Notes under the pieces: model-generated | What the model was told of the DNA's origin: nothing | What the model saw: the letters and a program-made list of their open reading frames with translations, nothing else | Database searches by the model: none | NCBI GenBank assembly: GCA_036172245.1 | Contig: JAYWIR010000048.1 | Span: 372,001-436,000, forward strand | Length of the DNA stretch: 64,000 nucleotides | From: Raillietiella orientalis | Taxonomy: Eukaryota | Direction of reading: 5' to 3' | Translations under genes and position numbers: made by a program | Shown here: piece by piece, positions 1 through 12,759 of the stretch | How positions within the stretch are numbered: position 1 is the stretch's first letter | How the letters are laid out: each line of letters opens with the position of its first letter

Positions 1-103
1 TATAGGATTTTTTATTATTATGGTTTTTGTTTCAGAGCTCTGAGAAGTGACATTTAGAAGTAAACATGCAACTAAAATTTCAACAAATATTTTCATTTCT
101 TGC

Positions 104-305
104 CTGTTCTTTTCTTCAAGTTCCTTATCAACTTTTTTCTGAAATTTTGGTAGTAATTGTTGAAGAATTTCTTTGACTCCATTTCTATCTTTAATCTGTG
201 CTGCCTGCCCAGCAGGATTTACAAAATGGAATGTCGTTGAAGATCCATCATACAGAACAATTTGCAACTGTATCTTTGGTTTTCCCTCTGGTGATATTTT
301 CTGAA
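104..305 (-). CDS. GTF2H1: GTF2H1/Tfb1 second coding exon; gene continues beyond the left edge
   Basis: After a TTCTAG acceptor it joins the upstream exon in phase: (V)[67 protein letters not shown]. This is the conserved p62 QKISPEGK...LQQLLPKF...ELEEKNR block. It ends at AG|GCAAGA. Confidence 0.95.
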
Positions 306-1578
306 CTAGAATAAATTTGTAATACGTTTTACATGAACCTTATTATCTGACAATGCGTACACAATTCAATATACCCTCAAAAACATCACTTCCAATAAAC
401 ATAGTGCTACTTTGAACAACAATCACATGCAACACACAGTAGGCAAAAAGTCCAAGTGTATAAACTATCAATAATAATACTTAATGCTGCTGTTTAAAAG
501 ACAAATTTCTATTAGCTTGTTAACATTTGTTAAATTTTAGTTTAAATGGTTGAATATAAAACCATACATTTGCCAGTAAATATAGGATTGCATATCTAAT
601 TTCTTGCTTTCATAAGTAAAGCAGGTTCTGGTTCTCTCTGATTTGAAACCTGTGTGCAACTTAATATGACTTGAGGGCTGGAACGTTTCTGTCATAATCC
701 ACACACTAATGTCCAACATTTTAAAATATGTACAAAATTACCACTTGTTAGTTTGTAAGCTGGAATTTCAACACTCTTTTGACAAAAATTTCCTTCATTT
801 CATTAATTGAATGTCTTATGATCTTGTGGAAATATTTTTATCATTTACAGTAGGAAAAAGTATACTTCATAAATGCAAAAAGAATCTTTTCATGTGAAAT
901 CAGTGTGACAAGAAAAAGTGTTTCACACTCAAGTCTGGTATTTCTGCTTTCGTTTCTAGGTTTTGCGGTAAGCATCGAATTCTAAGAAAACACTTGTTTC
1001 TTCTCAAAGAGAAGTACTATTGTTCTGTCTTCATTAATACACTTAATTCATTTTCTATCGAATTATCACCCATTTCCGACGAAATTAAACAAAAACGTCA
1101 TCATGAACTGTCATTGCAATCTCAGAATGTCTTCTATTCATCCAAAATTTCGTAGCATTGTTGAATGGGGATGCGAGCAACAATAAATAAAGTCTCTGTA
1201 ATGGGAACAATTGATTCTGTAAATAAGTAGGCCGAATGTCAAACAAGATGGTGTCTTTGGATTCCCTTCCTTAATGTGCTAGCGTATTTTAAGCGCCAAC
1301 TATGGCCTATGTCAGCATACAATCCTGAACTTCAAACTTCCACGAACCTACTCAATATATTCTTACGAATGAAAAAAGGCGGTTTCATTTTTTGTAGAGA
1401 GGACATATCCAAACAACAATGCGTATCCCAATTCCGGCTTTTTACCCATGATGGCATGAATTGCTTTCGGAATTAAATAAGTGCTTAAAACAAATAATAA
1501 GCAAATTTATTTCCAAACATAGATTATGGAATTCATTTTAATAGATTTCTACTGGTTATTTCGGAAAGTTTATATTAC

Positions 1579-1732
1579 CTTTTATATCAGAGTACTTATG
1601 ACTAATGGAAAACGTATCTTTGCCATCCATTATCCATGCTATTCTCTCTTCCATTACGTAAACCGCTCCATCATTCTTTCTGCTCTTGACATAATTAACA
1701 AGAAGCAACACATTTTCGGTGCACGAGGCCAT
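1579..1732 (-). CDS. GTF2H1: General transcription factor IIH subunit 1 (p62/Tfb1), first coding exon (PH domain N-half)
   Basis: Manual translation gives MASCTENVLLLVNYVKSRKNDGAVYVMEERIAWIMDGKDTFSISHKYSDIK. This matches the recalled p62 N-terminus ([33 protein letters not shown]...ISHMYADIK). The exon is 154 nt and ends at a G|GTAATA donor in phase 1. It is absent from the ORF track. Confidence 0.95.
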
Positions 1733-2058
1733 AGGTTACACACAGCGGTGATTATTTGTGTCACAATTAAGTTGCACCAGAATAATTTACACAAAGCACA
1801 TTCCGATTGTCACACCATACTTGCAGCCATGTCTATGAGTTTCAATCCTGCCAAACTACTTCCTTCCTCCAAATTCTTCGATTAATTCTTCATCCAACAA
1901 AGAAAGACTGTTTTGTGTTCTTAGCACCTTAGTTAAGAACAGAACATATCACCTCCAAAAATTCAACTATTTACAAAAAAAAACAAGCTTATCCCTGCTC
2001 TCTTACCTATTAATGTTGGAACCATTGAAAAAAGTATATAAACTGAGTCTCAATGTTA

Positions 2059-2110
2059 ATCGTGGGATTATTATGAGATAATGATTATTATGAGATAATA
2101 ATCCCACGAT
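2059..2110. repeat. Short inverted repeat with internal tandem duplication
   Basis: ATCGTGGGATTATTAT (2059-2074) and ATAATAATCCCACGAT (2095-2110) are perfect 16-bp inverted arms. GATTATTATGAGATAAT occurs twice within the element. Confidence 0.9.
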
Positions 2111-3639
2111 AGCAATGTACCTTCTAATAGCTAACTGAATTCAAAAATTATATTCAATTGCAACTGTTTGCTTCTCGCTTCATGTTGAGCACTAAATTAT
2201 GGTCATTTCTTCATTTGTCCTTCAATGAATAATCTTATATTGAGCAAATATTCCTACCATAGTTTTCCAAACAAAAGATAAAATGAATCTTTTAGATGAA
2301 ATGAATATAGAAGGCACAGCTAATCAATCGATGAAAAAAAAAAAAAAAATTCTTTGAACACGAAAGTGTTCAGAAATGTCTTCGTTTTTTCAGTACGTTT
2401 GCAGCACCTTTTACAATTATTCCTCCATATATTTCTACAACTATGAAGATTGCCTTTGAAATACTAATCAGTATCTTATTTAAATTTTTTGATTTTCCCT
2501 TTACATTCATTAAATCAGACTCCATGATCTTCATTTCGTCTTAAGTAAGATCAAAATATTTGAGTATATAAGGTTTGTTTTGCCGTCCATGTAAAGTACA
2601 ATCAGAATGATAGTCCTTTTGCATCAACTCAAAGTTCCTCAGTAGTGATACCGATAGCCTTTAATACAAGAATAAACAGCAATAAAAGTGCTTCGTAAAA
2701 AAACAGCAGCGGTGATATAGTCCACACTAATAGTTTTCATTTGTGTCTGGGCGTCACAGTGCATGAATAGCAAATCCAAAGATGCATGATCATCATCAAA
2801 AACCTGGCAGATACGAAAAAGCAAAGAAATTATGATTGACATTTTCGTGTACCTGCAGGTCATTCAAGGGGAAAGATTTGGTGCCCATAGTAAATAAATG
2901 AACGAAATATGCGGAAAGTAACAAAAATCGCACAGTTTGATGAAGACGGAGATTCAGAAATATGTTATCAGGGACGCCGAGGATTGCTTATGTGATAAAG
3001 ATAATACAATAAGGATGAAGAAGTAATGAATATCGGATGCGCAAATGTTCTGCTAGATAGTTTGAAAGATGATTCCCATGTTGCCACTCGTCTATGCATG
3101 GTGTTTCAGAAGCAAATTCTGGCAAATGCTTCGCAAAGGATTAATTAAAGAAGACGAAATTTTCCACTCTGCCGAGAGCCATGCAGCAGCACGGTGGGTA
3201 TAAAAAAAAGCATTGCTCAGCATAGCATTGTGAGTTTTTTCACAGAATCTTTGCTTAGCATAGCGATACCACTGGCGCTGTATGCGTATTACTAAAATAA
3301 GCAATACGAAAAGATTTTTTTTCCAGTGAACATTACACTGTTTTGCGTCTTCGTTTTGATGGAGTATACATAGTGCTCTGATTGTACGATCACAAGTACG
3401 AGAATCCTTCTGCAGGTTCCTAAATTACAAAAGCATAAACTTTCAAATCTGAAGAAATGGAGGAATCCAAACAAGACGGATACTTTATTGCATCGTGTAT
3501 GTGGAGCGACGAGCAGTCACCAATTAGAGAATAAAACACAAGTGCTTGCCCCAACATGACTGCTAGACATTTGCCGAAGAACCGTAGATGACACGTAAAT
3601 GCCTGCAGCAACTGGACCGAAAGTTCGCGCATAGTTTGC

Positions 3640-4300
3640 TGTATCCGTCTCCTAACTTCGTGAAAGATTTCCGCCAAAAGAAGGAAGATCACGACGGACC
3701 CTTCCGAGGAACTCGCTAGAAATGGAGTCACGAAAGTGTCTGCTTCACCCCAGCTTATGGGAAGCAAGAGTTTCCTGGAGGCTTTTCCGAGTAGGCTTTT
3801 TTCTTCTCGAGTATGCAGCTGGCATATTTCACACCTAAGGGTGTTGAGAGAGTAGCAAGAGAGACTGCTGGAGGTCATCCACGTGAACAGATGCAAAAGA
3901 GCGCATGGTTGACGAAAGTCTTGAACGAATCGGCCCTACGATTCCGCACTCGTTATAGGGCTGCGTTTAAATTTTGGCAGGAATCAACATCCTCCAGCTT
4001 CTCTTGGACCCAGCCGTTTGGGAATTCTCTCGAAGAAACGCGTTTCCTGCAGCTGGGGAGAAGTCTGCACTGAGCAGTGAAGAATCGCGTTTGGGGGTGC
4101 AGGTAGGTGCACCAGTGAAGAAAACTCCACTGGATTCGATAGGAATCCAAACTGCATGATGCGGAAGGAAGAACGGCCATTCCTCATGTTTTTTTACGCC
4201 CGTAACAATCCTCGGATTTCTCCGATGGTGCTTTGAGGAAAACATCGCGACATCAGAGGATGCATGGCATCTGTTTTTCCTGGAAGCACTTTCTCTCAAC
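3640..4300 (+). mobile_element. Highly decayed LINE ORF2 C-terminal remnant
   Basis: Traces of the C-terminal zinc-finger pattern (E..HVF-like, ~4165-4200). It coincides with the AT-to-GC compositional step. Confidence 0.4.
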
Positions 4301-4719
4301 AGTAGCGCGCTTATCGCTGATTTCTCCAGACTACTTCATCTCGATTGATCACTTTAATCTCTGCTGCCAAACAAATGGGAGTGCCATCCACCGTCTGTCA
4401 TGTGACGATGGCTTCTGCAAAGTAAAAGGAGGATACTCTAAGAGTATTGAAATGACCTCACCCAAATGTCAAAGGGTTTGATGACATCAAGCGGTTCTTG
4501 CTGCACGTAAAGAAGGTCTCAGAGGGCGTTCCTCCTAGCCATCTGCACTCCTTGTGAAGATTTGCTTCGGCTTCATCCCGTCCTGAAGAATCCTTATGTA
4601 GGAGACCTTCGGAAAGTGAATCCAGATACTTGAAATGATGCACTCAGGATGTTTTCTCGAACGATGCAAAATTGAGTGATGGTAGGTTTCTGTACAACCA
4701 CTTGTCTCACTTTAATGTT

Positions 4720-5850
4720 CCGTGCTGGCAACCAGGCATGGTTGCCAGAGCTGTTTGCTTACGCCACCCGGTAGCATCTCGCCCTTGACGGAACTTCAAC
4801 CGTACCGTCGACTCTCTTCAGGTTTGCTGCCATTGCACGCTTTTTTTTTTGTAGCCAATGTCTTCATGTGCGTAACGTGGACCTTGCAACTGGAAAGCGA
4901 GTCCAAACAGTGAGCCTGCACAGTTCCATCTCCATCTACAGGCATTCCAGCGAACTGTTTCTCCTTTGTGCTGCCAACGACGCTGAAATTTTCCGGGGAC
5001 TTTAAAGTACGTTCTTTTCCCCCACAGTCGCCTCCCTGCTCTGGACGCAGTGCTCACGGCCGCGAGATTCCTCTTTTAGGAGCAGAGAAATTTTGTACGA
5101 ATGCTATGCGAACAACTAACAGCTGCTTCACTCCAGCAAAAATCGATCCCTGAAAAGAGTGTTCCTCCTCATCTAAAGTTTGCCACGGGACTTGGGATTT
5201 GGGGGATTCTCGCACAACCGCGCTGGACGTCTCGCTTCAGCTACCTGCTTTCAAGTGACCTTCGCACCGCTAGTCGCCTCTCCGCTAGGCAAAGAGAGAG
5301 CCTTCTTTTCCTCTGTCATTACAGAAGAGAAATTCCTGGTGAGTCAGCAGGGTTGAGCAATCTGCAGCCCTGTGGTTTCGAAAGCCGCGGTGACACTCGG
5401 ACCTGTCCTGAGCATGAAACCTCAGGCACGCGAAAGCTGCAGGCGACCCCGGAGGCCCATTCTAGTCAGGAGTGCTTTGGCTGGAAGTGCTTCGAAAGAA
5501 TGTCTTTTGGCACGAATTCTGGAGACTCTCATGGAGGCTAGCGGCAGCAGCCTCCATGGGAGCAATAACTGGCAGCAGCGATGGTCGCCACACCGGAAAT
5601 GAAGCGCGGGGTGAAAAGGTTTCGACACCTGAGGGAACCAACCGCTCGCCATCGTTGCTGCCCCCGTGCGAAGTGGGGCGGAAAGGCGTGCAGAAGGCCC
5701 GGCAGGACCCGGTGACGGCAATCGCGGCTGTCAGGCCGCTTCGAAGCCGTTCGTAGCGCCCTACTCCGCGCCTCCCCGTCCCCGACAGACGCGGCCCGTA
5801 TAGGGCATCACGACATCCATGGAGCGGTCGGTTCATCCCCGCCCGCCCTT
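4720..5850 (+). mobile_element. Decayed LINE ORF1 (gag-like) remnant
   Basis: TRTCPEHE...HSSQECFGWKCFERMSFG (5390-5510) resembles eroded tandem CCHC knuckles, followed by a GC-rich low-complexity tail. Confidence 0.45.
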
Positions 5851-6477
5851 ACGCATCTCTTTGTTGTCCATCGCTCCTCGTCCCCCATTCCCTCCCTCTC
5901 CGTGTCCCCACTGAGGTTCGGACCCTTCGCTTCGGACCGGCAGGCGCCTGGTCCTTCTCCCCTTGCATGTTCCCATCCATTTGTTCTGACGAAGCAGTCC
6001 GGGATGCCAGGATGAAAAGGGCTGCTCACCGTTACATTTCAGTTGGCCATCCAAAATTCGCTACCTTGCTAAGGTCCTTACTTTCTTCATTTGAGGGTGA
6101 CCAAACTTTGCTTGTGGACTCTGAGGCGAGGGACTCGTGCTCCTGTGGCTGTTCAGGGTAACCGGGGAAAAATCCTCGCCGACTTGATGGTGAGCTCGCA
6201 GTGCTCACAGCACACCACAGTTGAGTTCTCCACCAGGCGAACGGGGACCCGGGCGCTGCATTTTTACAGTGCAAAAGAATGTCCCGGGGAATACCGCGCC
6301 TGTTACATCATCGGCTAGAGCCAGAAAAGTTGCTCGTGGGAGCGGAGGAGCTCTGTCCCAGGGCAAAAAATTACTGTCAGGAGATAAAAAAAAAAAAAAA
6401 AAAGCTCGACATCTTTATGTGATTATGTAGATACAAAAGGAAGATCTCAAATTGTCCTTCGTCTCGTGACTTGCTTG

Positions 6478-6511
6478 GCGAGCAAACAAGGAATCTTCCT
6501 TGTTTGCTCGC
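6478..6511. repeat. 34-bp fold-back palindrome
   Basis: GCGAGCAAACAAGGAA-TC-TTCCTTGTTTGCTCGC has perfect 16-bp arms. Confidence 0.9.
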
Positions 6512-6939
6512 GAGCATTCGCTTGGGTGGATGCGGATGGCGTACGTCTTCAGGAACATTCTGAAAAACCTTTAGAGTTGACTGGGAAACGGGACTCAGAC
6601 CTCAAAAATATGATTTAGTGCCCCCGGGATGAAGACCCAACACGATCTCATTTGTGTATCCTCTATCTGAAAACGTGATATATCATACCCGAAGAAAGTC
6701 TCGGGACCAGAATCGAATAGACTCTCCCACAGCATCGATCATATCATCAGTTTGCATCCAAAGACATAAATTTTTTTTATCATCTCGGTAACAAACCAAG
6801 AGCACATCATGCATCCACTTTGACAACGTTGCTTTTTTTTTTTTTCTTTTCTATTTTTAGAATCCGCCTGAGGTTTAGCTAAAGAAACTGCAGATCAATA
6901 AAGATTTGTTCCCCGTAGTGTTCCTGACAGCAGCATGCA

Positions 6940-7055
6940 ACGTATCACTCCGAATTCTCATCCCGACAGAGTGTAGGGAGTGTTCCAGAATCTACAGACG
7001 TATCACTCCGAATTCTCATCCCGACAGAGTGTAGGGAGTGTTCCAGAATCTACAG
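6940..7055. repeat. Perfect 58-bp tandem duplication
   Basis: ACGTATCACTCCGAATTCTC...GTTCCAGAATCTACAG occurs at 6940-6997 and 6998-7055. Confidence 0.95.
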
Positions 7056-8070
7056 AAACAGTGAGTTGGGGAAAGGAGTGTCGTTCGGTGAGTTCCGTGG
7101 ACTGCTCGCCGGAGGGCGTGCTTCCCGAAGATTCGGGGTGTTTCGCCTTGTTCAGTTCAAGTGTTTGACACCGGAAGGATAAGGGAGCAGTGCGTCTCCT
7201 GTGCTGGCAGCTCCATGGCGGATCGGAAAACGGGTTCGAACTGCGCTCAATGAGCAAAGGTCATCTGCGAGTTCTTGAAACGGAATAGGTGGCCAGCGGT
7301 CGAGGGGAACTTGAACTTTTTGCTCCAGGGATGCGCATCAGCCTAGTTCCTGGAATCACCCAGCTCTTCTCGAGCATCGCTTGATCTCCGAGCGCTGGTC
7401 GCGTTAGTTCGAGATCGGATGCTTCTTTGTACACATTGAGTACGCGTGCACAGGTCGCGATGACCTCTCTCTCTCTAACTGTGTGTGTGATGTTTCTGTA
7501 GCGTGTTCGAATCCCGTCCGGAGGAGACTGACGCCAAGAAGTAATTGCGTCGCGGGTTTGGCGTCTTCCCCGAGAGATGACGCTGACCGGCCTATAGGTT
7601 TCGGGTGCCACCTCACCCGTGGGAGCAGCCGGAGACCCCAGGATGCCCCCGTTAACCGGAAGGGACTTGAAGTTGACCTCCTGAAGTCCTTCCAGGAATC
7701 AAGGATCCCTTCAGAGTTCCCCTCTGGTTGTGCAAATGGACCCTCCATCTCGTACCATGTAGCTGGTGGATTGACGATGCCTCTCCAGAGTGTGAAAAAG
7801 CGGGCCAATCCCTTCGGGGAGCGGCTCTTCTGAGAAATTAGGAAGCGTCCCTTCGGGGTTCTCTTCAGAGGAGCAAACAAGGAGAAATTCCTTTCCGGAG
7901 AGTCCATCCGGAGAGAATAAGGAAGGAAATTTCCTTCGGGGATCCCTCCCCAGGCTTGAGAGGAACGGACTCCCCTTTTCCGGAGTCCTTCCTGGATTCA
8001 TAGAGCAGCCCCCTCCAGTGGCATTCCCTAACTTGAAGAGTGCCTACACGCACTCTCCGGTGGTGTGGAA
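7056..8070 (+). mobile_element. Decayed LINE ORF2 post-RT region
   Basis: KVICEFLK/GRGELEL remnants of the FLW...GGLGL segment. Homologous by eye to 9085-9388(-), 12960-13240(-), 39900-40560(+) and 61400-61700(-). Confidence 0.6.
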
Positions 8071-9388
8071 CAGCGCTAAAGAGCTTCGTGAGACGCAGGA
8101 CGGTGAACGGTTCTTGAGGTACTCAGCGATCCAAACAGAAGGCCATCCGCTTTGCGGAATGCCACAGTCCACTGCCCGCAGAATGTGACCGTGACCTTGC
8201 TTGTCGGAATGGAGATGGAAAGAAGAGTTCTCCTTGCCATCTGGAGGATTCTATGCTTCCGCGACACCTTGGTTTGGTCGAGGAGGCTTTCTCCCATACG
8301 AGCGAGACCTCCGCTGAGAACTTCTCTTGCCGCCCTGCGAAGATCGCGATTTTCAGATTGCCAGGTCACGTAAATTCAGTGACATTCCATTCAGGATATC
8401 TAGCAGGATGCCTTGCTGAGAACGTGCATTCAGCATCTGTAAAACCCATGCAAGAAGCAAAGTGGCATCATTTAGAAAAGACAGCTCCCCGCCAAGCATC
8501 TGCATCTGTTTCCGGAACGTCAAAGATGCTTCTCTGAGACTACTGAAAAACATTTTTGCCCCCTTAATCCCGTCAATTTTCAAAACCATATTCGGGAAAT
8601 TTCTCACTGCGTCCTGGATCTGTTGCTATTTACGAAGAGGTCACATGTTTTTCTACCTTCTACATTTTCCAAAGCCTCCCGACACATTTTGCTGAATCCA
8701 AATCATTTTACGCGGGCTCCCCTAGCCGCTGGCGTAAAAGTGAAGCTTTGCACATTCATGCAGCACCTGTGATTTTCGGCGGATCGCTCCCTCTCGGAGC
8801 AGCAGTCCTGGTTCGAACTCCAAGTCTCTTCTGCCCGCCGACAAGGAGGCGCCCCTGTAGCCTTGCCAGGAAAAAGCCTTCTGACTTCACAGAGCATTTC
8901 TGGAATCGCGTGCTGCTCAACGTCCCTTTCCTTCTCTCGTGCGGCTGCTCATGCAGGACTTAGACCGAAGGAACGCACTCTTCTCAGGAACCCCATAACG
9001 CCCAACAGGTCACGTCATGATCACGTTCGATTCCATGGAGGAAAGCCGATACCTCCAACTGCACATGTTCCAAAAGTTCGTGTCGGTCCCTCCCCGGAAG
9101 GGATTCGAACACGCTAAAGAAACATCACACACACAGTTAGAGAGAGAGGTCATCGCGACCTGTGCACGCGTACTTAATGTGTACAAAAAGGCATCCGATC
9201 TCGATCTAACGCGACCAGCGCTCGGAGATCAAGCGATGCTCGAGAAGTGCTGGGTGATTCCAGAAACGAGGCTGATGCCCATCCCTGGAGCAAAAAGTTC
9301 GGATTTTTCTCGGCCGCTGTCACCCATTCGGTTTCAAGAACTCGCGGATGACCTTTGCTCACTGAGCGCAGTCCCAACCCGTTGTCCC
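7225..9388. repeat. ~300-bp inverted repeat pair (7225-7530 / 9085-9388)
   Basis: ORFs 7261..7611(-) and 9017..9472(+) share EREVIATCARVLNVYK.ASDL.LTRPALGDQAMLEK.WVIP.TRLM.IPGAKSS. The nucleotide match was confirmed by eye. Confidence 0.9.
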
Positions 9389-9739
9389 AACGTGCTGGCT
9401 ACAGAGCGCTCAAGGGGCTATAGAGAGCACGTGCACATGTGTGCTAAGTGCTGTCCTCTTAAGCATAGTTAAAAAAAAAAAAAACAAAAATTGATTTCTT
9501 ACTCACTTACCTCTGTATGTCCGTATCCATTTGTCTACCCGTCTATACATATGTCTATAGAAATATAAGGAACCGTGTCGAACACATAATTAGAGTCGAT
9601 CGTCAATGGTGTTCTTTGTCCCCTCTCTGGAGCGACTGCAGATGCGACCGGCTATCTCGCTCCACATCCTCCCATCTGAATCTTCAATCTGAGGACAAAC
9701 GAATGCAAAAAGATAGAAAAAATAAAACTCAGATATCTG

Positions 9740-10400
9740 GGAAATAATGGAGGTGAGATTCGCGTCAACATGATACGCAAAGAGGTATTTACGGTTACAA
9801 AGCTGTTCCACCAGAAATCTTCCGGATTCATGCTGCCGGATGTGGCTCATTAATGGTGCGCATTTTTTCGAGAAATGACCTTGGAACAGCTGAACAACTG
9901 GCAGACGCACCTTGAAGGCTTGGCCCGTTTCGCAGCATATCAGGATTTCTGCCCTGGTTCTTCTCTGATTTAGACGTAGGCCAGTAATTCTATCCCGGCA
10001 CAATAGATGGATGCGACAAGTTGTCTTCGGATCAAATCTCAAACTCGTGAATTCGACGCTTGGCTTTCTTCGCCTCTGAGAGGCACGAGAAAACGTCTGG
10101 ATCCTCTTGCTTTGCCCAACAACAAGCCGATCTCATTTAGGTTCCTTGGGACCCTAGGAACCTAAATAAGTGTTGCCCTGTGGATCCGTAGGGCGTCGCC
10201 GTTTCCAGAAGCCAGAACACATGGCTTGCATGCAAGATATGCATGCGCCACTGATCCGGTGCTTCCTCCTCGGATGCTTGCAACATCTTCAGGTGCAATC
10301 ATCTTCTGGTGAACATCGGGTTCCACCTTGGAATGAACAGCTCTGCACAGACAGAGTTACCAGATACGCACAGATCAATACATGACGATCATTCCTTAAG
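9740..10400 (-). pseudogene. Very decayed LINE RT fragment
   Basis: DPKTTCRIHLL resembles dp..nyRPIsLl, and ICCETGQAF resembles lD..KAF. Confidence 0.45.
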
Positions 10401-12759
10401 ATTCAGAATCTTTGATGGTCCAGGAAATCTCCATCTCAAAAGTTCAGCGTGCGAATATCACTGAGGTGCCTACACAATATTCTATTATTATATTTTTTAC
10501 AGCACGAATGCAAATCACTAAATTCAGGATCCATGCGAAAGGAAGTGTACTACTCTACCTCCATACTTTATCCTTTAATACCACAGATGACTGTGGCATG
10601 AGGAACAGGAAATTCGTCAAATGAATGGCGTAACTGTCAGGGTAAAAGGACTGAGGAAGTGGATCTTTCGAAGATGCTTTAAAAAAAAAAAAAAAAAATA
10701 CCAAACTGCAACCTTTGGGCGGTGCGCTTCTTTAAATTCGTTTCACTTAAAATAAAGATTTCTAAAAGATGGCATATCTTTAGGTGGATTCAGTAAGCCC
10801 ACGTGTTTTCCCGGCTTATCGGAAGAGGCTGTGACTGCCAACCTTGCAGCAGAAACCTTTCCTATTTACGCAAACGCACATACGTTGCAAACATTCACCT
10901 TCTTTACATAAAACCACGTTAAATTTTCCTTCATAAGGACAAGCAAATGGTTTGGAGATCCTCGAGCAAAAATGCCACCCAATTATTATCCCCGGTTATC
11001 ATCCGATTAGCATCCACGAGCAACGTATCTCCGAAGAGTGTGTACACTCCAGTCGATGTAGCAGAGCTGCGTTTTTGTTTGAACGGCGAACTGAGCAAGG
11101 AGAGCTTCCGGGATTGTCTTCCATCTCGCTCGTTCGCTTGTTCGACACCCATGATCCCCAGGCAGCAAAATCAATAGCCGGAGAAACGGCAAGCATGAAC
11201 GAGTGTTGGTGTTGCAGTGCACGTGCACGTCTGTGTCGGGATGAGTAGCCGACGCTAGATGATCGGTGAGAGCTGCTCATCCCGACGGGACAGATTCCCT
11301 TCACCCTGCGGGCTTTCTCTGCCCTGGGGGTGCCAGCTTCGCGGTGGGCGTGGCACCTGCTCACCCCAACGCATGCCAGAGAGCGCCGAGTGCAAGGAGG
11401 AGAGGGATTCGCAGACGCCCGGGTTTCCGGTCTGTTCCCGAAACGGGCAACCGCGATGCGGCGCTGCCCTCACGTTCCCGGCTTGGGCTGCATGCACGCA
11501 GTCGGGCTCCGCTGCTACCTGCAACGGATCGATTTTTCTCACCCCAACTTCACGGCTGCTGTTCCCAGAAGTCCCGTCTCCTCATGCAAATATTGATTCT
11601 CTCCGAAAGGAAGCCATATCGAGTTGAAATGACTTCTTGCAAGATGAAGCAAAGTTCCCCAAAGATCCGGCGAACACGCGAAAAATAGAGGAAACTGTTT
11701 TTGGTACCTCGTCGTCGAAACATTCCCAGAATTCAGAGAATCGACCCGCTGGCACTTTTTCCGAGACATCCTATCAGTTGGATTTCGCAACAACACTTAC
11801 GAGAAAGTTGCTTAGCAACTCACAAGTGCTTGGGCTTTCCTTTTCCACCACCACAGTAGCATCGTGGTTGTTGCCAAGGGAACAACTGCTTCCCTTTCTC
11901 TCGATTTCGGCAGCAACTTTTCTCAGCCATAGATGCGTCACCATCTCCGCCAACCTTTGTGGGGGGTTGACATGCTCCTGCGCTAGGTGTAGCGAAATTT
12001 TCTCGATGGGTTGGCCGGGAATGATCAAATTATGGATGTCTCATTAACGTCGTTACTTGCCCCGTTGATGGCAGCACGCTAATTCGAAAATCCATCCATC
12101 TGTTTATAAATCAATAATGATTCTTTATTTAAGTAGCGACGGTACAATTTTTCGGCCACGTTACTTATTAGCTTTGTCCTCGCCCACAGTGACCATGCGT
12201 CAGGGTTGGTTGGTTTGTCTCTCGTGGAGCCTTTGGATTATTTGAGACAAATCTCTCACGGCGAAGGACGCGTCCTCTTGTCTGTCGTTTCCGTTTTTTG
12301 CCCTGGAGGTTTATGTAGACTCTTTCTTCGGGATCGGATCTTCGGTCTGGTCAGGAAGTGCCAGTGCATCCACGTCGGTAGGCACTTTATTTTTTACGGT
12401 TCTTCTGTCGACGTCTTCCGCGTCTCCTCGGTGACCCTGTTCCTTCTCATCGGTGCTGCTGCAACCAAAGAGGATGGCGAGATCATGGCGATGAGGTACA
12501 CCCAGATCAGCTGGGCTGCATTCCGGAACGCCGTCTTCTCCTTCAAACAGCCCTCCTGTGATTTCTTCCTTCCTTTTTTCTGAGCATCCGTAACTCGCCC
12601 TACTGCTGCTGCGTAGGCCGCCAGGTGCATTCCTGATTCCACTTCAATTCAAGTTTCTTAGAGTTCAACCTTGACCGCCCTGGGACCGGTACTTCCATTT
12701 TGTCCCTCCCCATACCTGATGCGGCTCCTTTGGTAGGGTAGGGAGAGGTCATCTCGGAC

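Noticed and set aside
1526..1885. 119-aa plus-strand ORF
   Set aside because: It is the antisense shadow of the GTF2H1 exon.
2640..2860. Possible GTF2H1 5'-UTR exons with a ~49-nt intron (2805-2852)
   Set aside because: Splice-like words are present, but nothing independent supports them without RNA data.
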